Assembly: GCA_002011035.2 (NCBI GenBank)
Contig: MTLY02000002.1
Location: 352,001 to 416,000, forward strand
Length of the DNA stretch: 64,000 bases
Origin: Candidatus Hecatella orcuttiae
GTDB lineage: Archaea > Thermoproteota > Bathyarchaeia > Hecatellales > Hecatellaceae
Direction: 5' to 3'
The notes below the pieces were generated by a model. That model did not search any database. It saw only the letters and a program-made list of their open reading frames with translations, and was not told where the DNA came from. How positions within the stretch are numbered: the first letter of the stretch is position 1; every line of letters begins with the position of its first letter. A program made the translations under genes and the position numbers. This document shows positions 17,269-26,573 of this stretch, in pieces.

Positions 17269-17271
17269 TAC

Positions 17272-17359
17272 TGGTGCGGGGAGTGGGATTTGAACCCACG
17301 AACCCCTCCGGGACAGGGTCCTAAGCCCTGCGCCTTTGACCAGGCTTGGCGATCCCCGC
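17272..17359 (-). tRNA. tRNA-Leu(TAG), CCA encoded
   Basis: Acceptor GCGGGGA/TCCCCGC, anticodon arm CAGGG-CT-TAG-GA-CCCTG, long variable arm, GTGGG-TTCAAAT-CCCAC. Confidence 0.96.
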
Positions 17360-17366
17360 TCCTTCG

Positions 17367-17672
17367 CTACCCGCGGCAACGGGTTTTCTTCCACAAGGTC
17401 TCCCCGGTTTTGGTGTTTTTTATTTCTAAGACCCTGTGGAAGGGGATGAAGACCTCGGCTGCGCCCTCCCGGTAGAGGAACCAAGACCCGCCTGCCTTCA
17501 CCACCCGGCTGCAGGGCACCGTCTTCCTGTCTTCCGCTACTCCCCGGTGGGTGAAGGTTACGGTGTAGTCTTCGGGGTTAAGTCTTCTATCCCACAGAAA
17601 CCTATTAAAAACATCCCTCAACTTATGTTTTTTCGGCAACCTTTTTGGCCTCTGCCCTTTTTTGGTTTTCAC
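17367..17672 (-). CDS. UPF0248/DUF504 (MJ1316-like RNA-repair domain) protein
   Basis: RDVFNRFLWD, FTHRG, FIPFHRVLEI..LWKK. Confidence 0.85.
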   Translation of the reverse strand: MKTKKGQRPKRLPKKHKLRDVFNRFLWDRRLNPEDYTVTFTHRGVAEDRKTVPCSRVVKAGGSWFLYREGAAEVFIPFHRVLEIKNTKTGETLWKKTRCRG

Positions 17673-17679
17673 CGGCCCT

Positions 17680-18249
17680 TCAGCCGAAAAAGGTCTGAAG
17701 CAGCGCAGGGGTAACGAAGACCTCGATGACCGCCGCCAGAAAAAGTAAAGGCAAGATTCGGAGGGCGAAGAAGAGGAAGCCTTCTTTCATCACCAAGCCC
17801 AGCCCCCTTTCGCCCCTGAGCTTTCGTACGGCCATGAAGCCGAACTTAAGGCCGATGGCGGAGCCGAGGATGACTGCTGGAAGCTCGAGGACTCCGTGGG
17901 GTAGGATGGCCGCCAGCAGGAAGAAGAAGCCCTCCCTCTTCACGGTTTCAAAGGCAACCAGTCCTATGGTTAAGCCGTTGAGGGAGATGAAGAGGAGGGG
18001 AGGGATTCCGAAGAAAACACCCAGCAGCATCACCAAGAAGCTTTTCCCCGCGTTGTTGATAAAAATGAACACAACAAACTCCACTGCTGTCAGCTCTTGG
18101 ACGCCGCCGTAAAATTCCCTTAAAGCCTCCATGAACTCCGCTGAAAGCTCTCCTCCGGCAAGGTAGCCGATGAAAGTAAAGGCGAAGAAAAGAAACAGCA
18201 TAGCTAAGAAAGGCCGTTTCATAGGGTAAAGATATTGCCACCTCTCCAA
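17680..18249 (-). CDS. SpoIIM/DUF95 family membrane protein
   Basis: IFINN, LNG, ILPHGVLELPA, AAVIEVFVTP. Confidence 0.9.
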   Translation of the reverse strand: MERWQYLYPMKRPFLAMLFLFFAFTFIGYLAGGELSAEFMEALREFYGGVQELTAVEFVVFIFINNAGKSFLVMLLGVFFGIPPLLFISLNGLTIGLVAFETVKREGFFFLLAAILPHGVLELPAVILGSAIGLKFGFMAVRKLRGERGLGLVMKEGFLFFALRILPLLFLAAVIEVFVTPALLQTFFG

Positions 18250-18373
18250 TTTTTTCCCTCAACAACCATCTGGATCAGAAGCAGCTCTAAATCTAGGTAA
18301 GCGTACCCATCTTATATATGTCAGCGGAAACAATAAAACCTTTTATGTAAAAAAGGTTCTCCTTGGAATGCTG

Positions 18374-19618
18374 CTAAGGGAAAAGACCCTTAAAGGCCTC
18401 GGCAACCCGTTGCACGGCAAGAATCATAGCAGCGGTTCTCATGTCAACATTTTCTTTCTTCGCCAATTGGTAAACGTCGTTGAAAGCCTTAACCATCTTC
18501 CGCTCAAGCTTTTGGTTGACTTCCTCCTCTGTCCACTGCTCTCGGTGCAGGTTCTGAACCCACTCAAAGTAGCTGACGGTAACCCCGCCGGCGTTGGCGA
18601 GGATGTCAGGAATAAGCAGGATGCCTTTTTCATATATTATCTTGTCCGCTTGAGGCGTCGTCGGGCCGTTGGCGCCTTCGCTGACAATTTTAGCTTTAAC
18701 CTCCGCCGCGTTTTTTTCCGTTAGAACACTTTCCAAAGCACAAGGCATCAGGATGTCGCAGTCCAATGTCAGAAGTTCCTCGTTAGTTATCTCCTCAGCT
18801 CCAGGATAGCCGAGCACAGAGCCGGTTTGCTGTTTATGTTCCCTTAGTTTCACGGGGTCTATTCCGGAGGGGTTGTAGACGCCTCCTTTGGAGTCGGACG
18901 CCGCTATGAGCCTAGCGCCCATCTCCGCAGCGATGACAGCGGCATGATATCCCACGTTTCCATAACCTTGGACGGCAACTCTGGCATCCTTGATGCTCAT
19001 ACCGAGTTTGCTGCACGCTTCTCTGGCGCAGATGGCCACGCCTCTTCCCGTAGCTCCCAGCCTGCCGAGGGAACCTCCGATGCTCACCGGTTTACCTGTA
19101 ACTATTTCGGGCACCGCATAGCCTTTGATGGTGCTGTAAGTGTCCATGATCCAGGCCATAACTTGGGGATTGGTGTAAACATCCGGGGCGGGGACATCCT
19201 TGTAGGGGCCTATCTCGTCGAGGATCATGGTCGTGTACCGGCGGGTCATCCGCTCCAGTTCCCCTTGGGACATTTCCTTGGGGTTGCAGACCACTCCGCC
19301 TTTGGCTCCTCCGTAGGGGATGTCCATCACAGCCGCCTTCCAGGTCATCCACATGGCGAGGGCCTTAACCTCGTCCAAGTCCACCTTGGGATGGTATCTT
19401 ATGCCTCCCTTGTAGGCGCCCCTCCAAGGGTTATGCTGAACCCGGTAGCCTGTGAACACCTTCACCTTGCCGTCGTCCATCTTAACCGGCACTGATACGA
19501 TGAGAACTCTTTTAGGATGTTTGAGTAACTCCGTGATGTTGGGGTCTAATCCTATCTTCTCTGCAGCCATCTCCAGCTGTTTAATGGCGATGTGGTAAGG
19601 GTTAGTATCTTGGCTCAC
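18374..19618 (-). CDS. gdhA: Glutamate dehydrogenase
   Basis: KGGIRYHP, MTWK, GGAKGG, DVPAPD, VQGYGNVG, EGANGPTT, NAGGVTVSYFEW. Confidence 0.97.
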   Translation of the reverse strand: MSQDTNPYHIAIKQLEMAAEKIGLDPNITELLKHPKRVLIVSVPVKMDDGKVKVFTGYRVQHNPWRGAYKGGIRYHPKVDLDEVKALAMWMTWKAAVMDIPYGGAKGGVVCNPKEMSQGELERMTRRYTTMILDEIGPYKDVPAPDVYTNPQVMAWIMDTYSTIKGYAVPEIVTGKPVSIGGSLGRLGATGRGVAICAREACSKLGMSIKDARVAVQGYGNVGYHAAVIAAEMGARLIAASDSKGGVYNPSGIDPVKLREHKQQTGSVLGYPGAEEITNEELLTLDCDILMPCALESVLTEKNAAEVKAKIVSEGANGPTTPQADKIIYEKGILLIPDILANAGGVTVSYFEWVQNLHREQWTEEEVNQKLERKMVKAFNDVYQLAKKENVDMRTAAMILAVQRVAEAFKGLFP

Positions 19619-19776
19619 GGCAAATTCACACCTCTCTGCGAGAAGATACGTTATTCAAGTTAATAATAAAATTTTCCACCTTCTATATACATCCAGAAAA
19701 ACGTTGGTATTATTTATAGGTAGTAGATAGTTCTTAATGAAAACTTCCAAGAAGGCTTCGGCTGGGAAATTTCTCT

Positions 19777-20931
19777 TCAAAATCCGTAGATCATGTTGTT
19801 TAAACCCAGAAGGTGCAGGTTGCCTACGTGCACTCTCCTGAGGTGTTTCTTGGCCGCCTGATAGCATCGTTCCACCTGCTTCTCCGGTGTCACCGGAAGA
19901 TCCACCATCAAGTGGTCGGGGTGGAAGATGAGCAGTGAGTAGGGTATACCCTCGTCCAAGCTTGAAATGAATCGAGCTATCTCTCCCACTTCCCCCTCAT
20001 CCACGTAGCCGGGTACGAGGAGGGTTGTGGCATTGACCACCGGCAGCCCAGGGCGCTTGGTGGAAAACTCCCTTGCAACCATTTCGAAGTTTTCGTAAGC
20101 CCTCTGGTTGGGGACCCCGCTCAAAGCGAGGCTGAGGATGGGGGTGAAGGCTTTGAGGTCGAACTTCAGGTTTCCCCCGCTTTCCCAAGCTAGCTCCGCG
20201 GCCTCCCTCACCAGCTTGGGGTTTCCGCAGCCGTTCCATTCGAAGCAGATCCTCAGAACGCGGTTAGGGTTTTCTTCCCTCAAGGTTTTGGAAAGCCGGA
20301 GGGCGAAGGGAAGCTGCGGCTCAGGGGAGCCTCCGAAGAAGCACAGGCACGTGTAAGTGGAGTCGGCGGAAACCCGGCGGAGGAGGTCGCCTTGCTCCAC
20401 AGTTTGACCTACGTTGATTTCCTTATGGTTCATGTTCTGACAGAAGAAGCAGTCAAAATTGCATCCGTAGAAGAACACGGCCAAGTTAGAGTAGCCTACC
20501 TCAGCCCCCGGCCTCCGGGCATACTTGGGATAGCCTTCCCCGGTGCCCCCTGGGCAGAAATAGGCGGCGCAGCAGTTGGTCACGTGAGGGTCCCGGTAGG
20601 CGTGGAGAACCCCTCGGTCGGGTTTGGTGAGGCTGACCAGTCTTCCATCTTGGTTCCAGCGGAGGCCGCAGTAACCCTTTTCCCCCGGGCCCATCCTGCA
20701 TTCGTTGGAGCAGAGAGTACAGGGGATACCCCCTGAGGTCTTAGGTGGGCTTGGGGGTAGCCCCCATTGAAGGCGGCTTCTCCGGTGGGCTTTTAGGATG
20801 AGGGGCTCCGCTTCCTCCGCCTTCTCCTTCAGGCAGGAGGGGCAGACTCCCAAGGCTTGGGCTATGAGGCGGTCTTTTCTCCCGCAGAGCATGCAGGTCT
20901 TTTCCATCCAACCTAAAGCCTTGAAAGACAT
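19777..20931 (-). CDS. Radical SAM protein, PflA/AmmeMemoRadiSam-related, with N-terminal Cys motifs
   Basis: GCNFDCFFCQN CxxxCxxC, FFGGSPEP, KFDLK, N-terminal CxxC pairs. Confidence 0.88.
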   Translation of the reverse strand: MSFKALGWMEKTCMLCGRKDRLIAQALGVCPSCLKEKAEEAEPLILKAHRRSRLQWGLPPSPPKTSGGIPCTLCSNECRMGPGEKGYCGLRWNQDGRLVSLTKPDRGVLHAYRDPHVTNCCAAYFCPGGTGEGYPKYARRPGAEVGYSNLAVFFYGCNFDCFFCQNMNHKEINVGQTVEQGDLLRRVSADSTYTCLCFFGGSPEPQLPFALRLSKTLREENPNRVLRICFEWNGCGNPKLVREAAELAWESGGNLKFDLKAFTPILSLALSGVPNQRAYENFEMVAREFSTKRPGLPVVNATTLLVPGYVDEGEVGEIARFISSLDEGIPYSLLIFHPDHLMVDLPVTPEKQVERCYQAAKKHLRRVHVGNLHLLGLNNMIYGF

Positions 20932-21021
20932 GGTTTACATTCAGTATTGTGGAAGTCCGCTTTCTCTAAAAGCCTTATCCCCAAGGCCGCTTGGGTTATG
21001 TTTCCGGTAGGTCGCTGCCGG

Positions 21022-21216
21022 TTATTTGTAGGCTACCAGTTTGGCTCCCAGCTCCTTTTCTAGCTGCTGAAGCTTCTTCAACCTAGCCTTAGACAGTTTA
21101 GCGGGGACAGGCGGCTTCTGAACTGCCAGAAGGACAATGCCCAGGCTTTTCTCCAACTCCCTAACCTTCCTGAGTTCGGAGTCAGCCAGTTTCGCGAATC
21201 TGCACACGGGCTTCAC
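21022..21216 (-). CDS. Small basic protein made of two tandem ~30-aa repeats
   Basis: AKLADSELRKVRELEKSLGIVLLAV / AKLSKARLKKLQQLEKELGAKLVAY. The GTG start overlaps a GGAGGTG sequence. Confidence 0.75.
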   Translation of the reverse strand: MKPVCRFAKLADSELRKVRELEKSLGIVLLAVQKPPVPAKLSKARLKKLQQLEKELGAKLVAYK

Positions 21217-21352
21217 CTCCCAGTAAAGACAGCGGCATATCCAAATATTAAGGAAGCGACGGCTCAGTAAGGCCTAACCATGGGAAAGCTGGGCTTAGCC
21301 TTTTATTGCTCCAGCAGCTTTTCTAATCTGTAACCTGTTTGAGGGGAGAAGG

Positions 21353-22663
21353 CTGAAGAAAAATTTCCCCCTGCCCCGGGGCATGAGGGACATCGAAGCT
21401 GAGGAGGCGGGACGCCGGCTTTGGGTCAACCGCAAAATCCTCGAGGTCATGGAGAGGTACGGCTTTCAACTGGTGGAGCCTTCCCCCATCGAAAGCCTCG
21501 AAACCCTAGAAGCCAAATGCGGCCCCAGCATCCGGGAGGAAATCTACTGGTTTGAAGACAAGGCCCGCCGAAAACTGGGTCTAAGGTTCGACCTCACCGT
21601 GGGGCTGGCGAGGATGGTGGCCAGCCGCCCTGACTGGGCTACACCCCTGAAGCTCTGCGCCCTCTCCAACATGTGGCGCTACGACGAACCCCAGTACGGG
21701 CGCTACCGCTGCTTCTACCAGTGGGACGCGGAAATCTTCGGAAGCCCCCTGCCTGAGGCGGACGCGGAAGTTATCGCCCTCAGCGTCGACGTTCTCGAAA
21801 ACTTGGGGCTGAAAGACTTCGAGGTCAGGATCAGCAACCGAAGGCTGGTGGAAGCCTTCCTCAGCCAGCTGGGCTTGGAAAACCAGGAAAAGCGGGAAGC
21901 CGTGTTGAGGGTCATTGACAAACGCGGCAAACTGGAGGAAAACCGCTTCACCCAAGAGCTGGAAAACCTGAACTTGGCCGCCGAGCAGAGAAACCGTCTG
22001 CTGGATTTTATTTCCATAAAGAAGGAGCCCGAAGCCGCCTTGGCAGTGCTGGCGGAGACGCCTTGGAAAAGCCCTGAAGCAGAGCGGGGTTTGGAGGAGC
22101 TCCGCCGCGTCGTCGACAGCTTGAAGCTTCTGGGAAAGACAGCTCCCTGCCTCTTGGACATGAGCGTCATCCGGGGAATCGGCTACTACGACGGAGTGGT
22201 CTTCGAAATCTACGACAGGATGGAAGCCGCCCTAGGGGCGGTGGTGGGAGGCGGCCGCTACGACGGCCTCTGCCGCGTCTACGGCAGGGACCTCCCGGCC
22301 ACGGGCACCGCGGGAGGCATCGAAAGGCTTCTGATAGCTTTGGAGAAAGCGGGAAGCATTCCGTCCTCCACTCAGGCTCCCCAGGTCTTTGTGGCTGCGG
22401 CTACCTCGGAGGTGAGAGGGAAAGCCTTGGAGCTGGCGGGATGGCTGAGGGCTCAGGGCATCTCCGTGGACTACGACCTCAAAAACCGGCCTCTCAAGGG
22501 TCAGCTAGAGTACGCGGATGCCTCCGGCATCCCCTTCGCCCTCGTCGTCGGCCCTCGGGAGCTGGAGAAGGGCTTGGTGAGACTGAGGGATTTGAGGAAG
22601 CGCATGGAGGCGGAGGTTAAAATCGAAGAAGTGCCCTCCAAGGTTTCAGGCGTCGAAGGTTAG
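21353..22663 (+). CDS. hisS: Histidine--tRNA ligase
   Basis: PRGMRD, LRFDLTV, WRYDEPQYGRYRCFYQ, RGIGYYDG, GGGRYD, GIERL. The conserved PRG lies upstream of ATG 21383, so the start is probably CTG at 21353. Confidence 0.96.
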   Translation: MKKNFPLPRGMRDIEAEEAGRRLWVNRKILEVMERYGFQLVEPSPIESLETLEAKCGPSIREEIYWFEDKARRKLGLRFDLTVGLARMVASRPDWATPLKLCALSNMWRYDEPQYGRYRCFYQWDAEIFGSPLPEADAEVIALSVDVLENLGLKDFEVRISNRRLVEAFLSQLGLENQEKREAVLRVIDKRGKLEENRFTQELENLNLAAEQRNRLLDFISIKKEPEAALAVLAETPWKSPEAERGLEELRRVVDSLKLLGKTAPCLLDMSVIRGIGYYDGVVFEIYDRMEAALGAVVGGGRYDGLCRVYGRDLPATGTAGGIERLLIALEKAGSIPSSTQAPQVFVAAATSEVRGKALELAGWLRAQGISVDYDLKNRPLKGQLEYADASGIPFALVVGPRELEKGLVRLRDLRKRMEAEVKIEEVPSKVSGVEG

Positions 22664-22748
22664 GGTTAAACTGGTAGTGTTACTAGGTGCTACTATCGCG
22701 CATAACCCCGTCCTAGTTTCAGCCGTCGAGGGTTAGGGGTTGAACTGG
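22643..22748. repeat. Imperfect 32/33-bp direct repeat with a 41-bp spacer at the convergent hisS/endA junction
   Basis: GTTTCAGGCGTCGAAGGTTAGGG-TTAAACTGG (22643-22674) vs GTTTCAGCCGTCGAGGGTTAGGGGTTGAACTGG (22716-22748), 29/33 identical. Confidence 0.85.
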
Positions 22749-23302
22749 GAGAGAGTGTAATAGACTACTTCTCCTCTCCTTTCGATGACCCCTAGGATGG
22801 CTTCCTTCTTGAGGCTGCGGGCGCTGCTCAGGGTTTTAACCAGCTCCTGAACAGGGAGGGGCTCCCCCTCCAGCATGGTGCTGATGAGGAACTTAGCAGG
22901 CTCCTTGCCGTAGGCTCCTCTTTCGTAGACCCGGAAGTGGCTGCCGTGCCCGAAGCCTTTCTTGACGGTGTAGCCTCGGCTTCGAAGGTCTCGGTAGACT
23001 AGGTATTTAGACCAGACCCTCCGGTCTTTCTGAGAGAAAAAAGAAAGCAACTCCTCAAAGCTCATCGCCACGCCGGAGTCTTTCTCCACAACCCGTAGCT
23101 CCCCCTCCGCCACCAAGTAGAGGGCTTCCCAAGAGGCAAGTTCCAAGCGGCCTCGAGTCTCCTCCCCAAAGCCTCGGCTGACGAGGCGGGCGGCCTCAGG
23201 GTCTTTCAAGCTCACGTAAACCTTTTCCCCCTTCACGAACCCTTCCACAGGCCGCTTCTCAGCCGCGGCTTCCTTCTCAGCTCTTCCCTCCTCGGCTTCC
23301 AT
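22733..23302 (-). CDS. endA: tRNA splicing endonuclease subunit (probably structural subunit)
   Basis: EALYL, YLVYRDLRSRGY, FRVYERG, VVYY. The usual catalytic His position appears as EPAKFL. Confidence 0.88.
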   Translation of the reverse strand: MEAEEGRAEKEAAAEKRPVEGFVKGEKVYVSLKDPEAARLVSRGFGEETRGRLELASWEALYLVAEGELRVVEKDSGVAMSFEELLSFFSQKDRRVWSKYLVYRDLRSRGYTVKKGFGHGSHFRVYERGAYGKEPAKFLISTMLEGEPLPVQELVKTLSSARSLKKEAILGVIERRGEVVYYTLSQFNP

Positions 23303-23367
23303 GTACCCTTCTCCCTTTCAAGGAAAAAGTGTTAACAGTTAAATTAAGCCTCCAGTTTGAAGCTGCC

Positions 23368-24741
23368 TTAAACCTGCGGCTTGACCATTCTGCCCCATCC
23401 CGGCTTGCCGACGAGGACGCCTTCTTCCACCACCAACGACCCTCGGACAAACGTCATGACGGGGACCCCTCGAACCCTCCACCCATGCCAGGGGGAAACC
23501 TTGCCCCGGCTGTGGAGTTCCTCCACCCTGATAAGCCTCTCCCTTTTCATGTCCACCACCACCAAGTCGGCTTCAGCGCCCACTTGAACGGCCCCCTTCC
23601 TCGGGTAAAGGCCGAAGATTCTAGCCGGGTTCTCGGAGAGAAGTTGAACCAGCTTCTCCAAGGACAGCCGACCCCGGTTCACTTGGGTCAGCATAAGAGG
23701 GAGCAGAGTTTCCACACCGCAAAAACCTGAGGGGGCTTCCCAAAAATCCCTCCACCCCCGCTCCTTCTCCTCCGGGGTGTGAGGAGCATGGTCTGAAGCC
23801 AACGTGTCCACTGTTCCCTCCGCCAAAGCCTCCCATAGGGCCTCTCCGTCTTCGCGGGAACGCAGAGGAGGGTTCACCTTGGCAGCGGGGCCAAGGGTTC
23901 GGAGGTTCTCTTGAGTGAGGAGAAGGTAGTGAGGGCATGTTTCCGCGGTCACCCCAAATCCCGAAGCCTTAGCCCACCTCACTAAGCCGACGGACTCCCG
24001 AGAGGTTGCGTGGACTAGGTGAAGGCGGGCTCCCACCATCTTGGCGGTGAGGAGCACCCTAGCCGCTTCCGCCGCTTCCAAGGGGCTGGGTTTAGCCTCC
24101 GAGTGGGCAGCTGGGTCCCGCCGCCCTTCCTGCCTCAGCCGGTTTTCCAGCTGAGCCGCCAGCCGGGAGTTCTCCGCGTGAACCCCTACGAGAAGCTGGG
24201 AGGAGACCGCGGTCTTCAATATAGCGAGGACCTCCCAGCCGCTTTCAGGCACGGAGAAGATGCTGGCTCCTTCAGCTCGCTCGCGGGCGGAAGCCATCAT
24301 CTTCACCCCCACCGCCCCTGCTTTTTTCAGGGAAGGAGCCTCCGCCAGGTTGTCGGAGGAAATGCCTCCCCAGAGGCCGAAGTCTACGTAGGCTTTTTTC
24401 TCCGCGGCCTCCTTTTTGGCTTGGAAGGCCTGACCGTCCACCGTGGGGGGCTTGGTGTTAGGCATGTCCATGACTGTGGTCACGCCCCCGAAGGCAGCGG
24501 CTTGGGAGCCTGTGGAAAAATCCTCCTTATGGGTTAAGCCCGGCTCCCTGAAATGCACATGGCTGTCCATCACTCCCGGGAGGATGAGGCCGCCTTTCAC
24601 GTCCACAATGAGGTCGGCTTGAACCAGCTCTGGCTCTGTGGTGAAGGCTGCGATCTCCCCACCATCCACCACCAAGCTGGCTTCGAAGATGCCTCCGGGG
24701 GTGAAGATTTTACCTCCCTTGATGAGGACGTCGGCCTTCAT
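23368..24741 (-). CDS. Cyclic amidohydrolase (dihydroorotase/allantoinase family)
   Basis: DSHVHFREPG, GGVTT..DMPN, HAEN, ETCPHYL, KVNPPLR, SDHAPH. Confidence 0.92.
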   Translation of the reverse strand: MKADVLIKGGKIFTPGGIFEASLVVDGGEIAAFTTEPELVQADLIVDVKGGLILPGVMDSHVHFREPGLTHKEDFSTGSQAAAFGGVTTVMDMPNTKPPTVDGQAFQAKKEAAEKKAYVDFGLWGGISSDNLAEAPSLKKAGAVGVKMMASARERAEGASIFSVPESGWEVLAILKTAVSSQLLVGVHAENSRLAAQLENRLRQEGRRDPAAHSEAKPSPLEAAEAARVLLTAKMVGARLHLVHATSRESVGLVRWAKASGFGVTAETCPHYLLLTQENLRTLGPAAKVNPPLRSREDGEALWEALAEGTVDTLASDHAPHTPEEKERGWRDFWEAPSGFCGVETLLPLMLTQVNRGRLSLEKLVQLLSENPARIFGLYPRKGAVQVGAEADLVVVDMKRERLIRVEELHSRGKVSPWHGWRVRGVPVMTFVRGSLVVEEGVLVGKPGWGRMVKPQV

Positions 24742-24799
24742 GGCGGTTAAGCCTCGCCTGTCTAAGCCGGTTGGCTCTTTTATATTTAACGACCAACCT

Positions 24800-25234
24800 T
24801 CACCCCGCTTGGGTAGTTTGGGCTAGGGCTTCCAGTTTTTCAACCTCCGCCTTTCTAAATCCCACGTAGAGGCCGTCCCTCTTCCCCCCAACCCAAGTCC
24901 TTGTTTTCTCCCCAGCTTTCAGAACCCTGTTTAAAACCGGAGAGAGGACAGTAACAGTTGGAGGCTGAGCTGACTTGCTGCCAGTGAGTTCCAGCTTTAT
25001 CTCCAGCCCGCCTTTGATTCCTCTCACGGTTAAAAACCGTCCGCCTTTCAAGGGAAGCAGCCCGTCGAGGGCTTCATGCTCCACATCCAAATGCGTTACC
25101 CTAGCTAGGGCATAGCCCTTTAAGTGAACGTAGACCGTTGCATCATGGAGTTCAATTCGGTTGCCGCCTTCTTGAAGGAAAACATGGGCTTTAAGATGAA
25201 TTTTGCCTTCCGCTGGACCTGTCAACCAAGCCAT
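24800..25234 (-). CDS. Hypothetical protein
   Basis: 144-aa ORF, co-oriented with neighbours, beta-rich, GGGGAG upstream of ATG. Confidence 0.7.
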   Translation of the reverse strand: MAWLTGPAEGKIHLKAHVFLQEGGNRIELHDATVYVHLKGYALARVTHLDVEHEALDGLLPLKGGRFLTVRGIKGGLEIKLELTGSKSAQPPTVTVLSPVLNRVLKAGEKTRTWVGGKRDGLYVGFRKAEVEKLEALAQTTQAG

Positions 25235-25297
25235 CTCCCCCGCTTAAAAAATCCAAGTGTCAAACGGCAAAGAAGCAGCTTCCGGTGGCGCTGTCTC

Positions 25298-26368
25298 CTA
25301 GACAGATTTGAAAGAGCATATTTTGGTGGGTTCTTCCAGAATTCGGTTGATTGTGACTTCGGCTATGGTCTTGTAGTAGGTTGAAATCTGGATTAGGTTC
25401 CCCACGATCTGGCTGAGGTTCAAGCATACTAAGCAAGGGTCGGAGACACCTCGCTTCCGCATCTCTGCGAAATTCCCAGCTATCTTTTCCGTCAGCCTTT
25501 TTTCTCCCTTCACGCTTACCTCCACGGTTTCGATGACATCGTTGGCTAGGGCCATGTCCTTGGTGAAAAAGGCTCTGAAAATCTTATCCGAAATCCCTTT
25601 GATCACTTCGTTGTATTCGCGAATCTCCTCCAACAGCCGAGACTCTGTTAAACCCCTCTCCAGAAGCTGAAGAACACCATAAGCCATGGTTTCCACAAAG
25701 TCCCCGATCCTCTCTAGGCACACGGCGATGACCCTGTTGCCGGAGATGTGCGTCGGAGACTCAATGCCTATCTTCTTAGCCAGCTCCGGCTTCCGCATGG
25801 CCGTGAGAAGCTGCCTGATAATCAGCCAGTAGATTCTGTCTGCCTCTACCTCCATATGCAAGGCCTCTTGGGCGAGCTCCGGCCGGCGTTCCAAGAGGGC
25901 TCTGACGGTGGCCTCCTGCATGGAGCTCACGATGACATGGAGGCGGCTGATGAGGCCGTAGATGGGAAACTTGGTTGAGTCCACAAAGCTTTGAAGGATA
26001 ACCTTCTTCAACGTCTGCTCCACTACCCCCAAGCCTGTAAGCTGCTTGACGGTGTTGCGGATTTCTTCAAAATGCCGAGGATGAATTTCCTTGTTCGCCT
26101 CTACCTCCATGGTGTCGTGGCCGAGAAGATAGTTTCCTGTGAGGACTCTCGTCAGCATGCCTTCCCCTTCGCAGAGGTCGCTTTTGATGATACATTTCAC
26201 AGGCTTTTCCTCCGCCATCTTGCTGGGATAGATTCTAAGGGAACCGTCGTCCTCCCTTTTGATGTAGACGATGTCTCCCTTCTTTAAACCGGTCTCTACA
26301 CTCCAATCTCGAGGTAAGGATACGATGAAGGTTGAAACGCTTACCTGCTGGATTTTTCTAGCCTCCAA
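25298..26368 (-). CDS. AbrB-PhoU family regulator
   Basis: RKIQQVSVSTFIVSLPRDW..GLKKGD AbrB domain, PhoU repeats (EADRIYWL, LERIGD). Confidence 0.9.
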   Translation of the reverse strand: MEARKIQQVSVSTFIVSLPRDWSVETGLKKGDIVYIKREDDGSLRIYPSKMAEEKPVKCIIKSDLCEGEGMLTRVLTGNYLLGHDTMEVEANKEIHPRHFEEIRNTVKQLTGLGVVEQTLKKVILQSFVDSTKFPIYGLISRLHVIVSSMQEATVRALLERRPELAQEALHMEVEADRIYWLIIRQLLTAMRKPELAKKIGIESPTHISGNRVIAVCLERIGDFVETMAYGVLQLLERGLTESRLLEEIREYNEVIKGISDKIFRAFFTKDMALANDVIETVEVSVKGEKRLTEKIAGNFAEMRKRGVSDPCLVCLNLSQIVGNLIQISTYYKTIAEVTINRILEEPTKICSFKSV

Positions 26369-26573
26369 ACCCCTCGTCCTCCGAGCTCTTGTGATTAAAT
26401 CCTTATAATAAACATGAATATAAAGATATTATAACCTAATATATTTTAAAAAATCCCCCCGCAATGTAATTATGCTCTCTATACTAAGCCAAAAGTCGAC
26501 ATAGCCGTGAATAAAAAATATGGGAAGCCAAAAACATATATTTTCCAGCAGTCAAAACCTGAAACGCAGCCTC

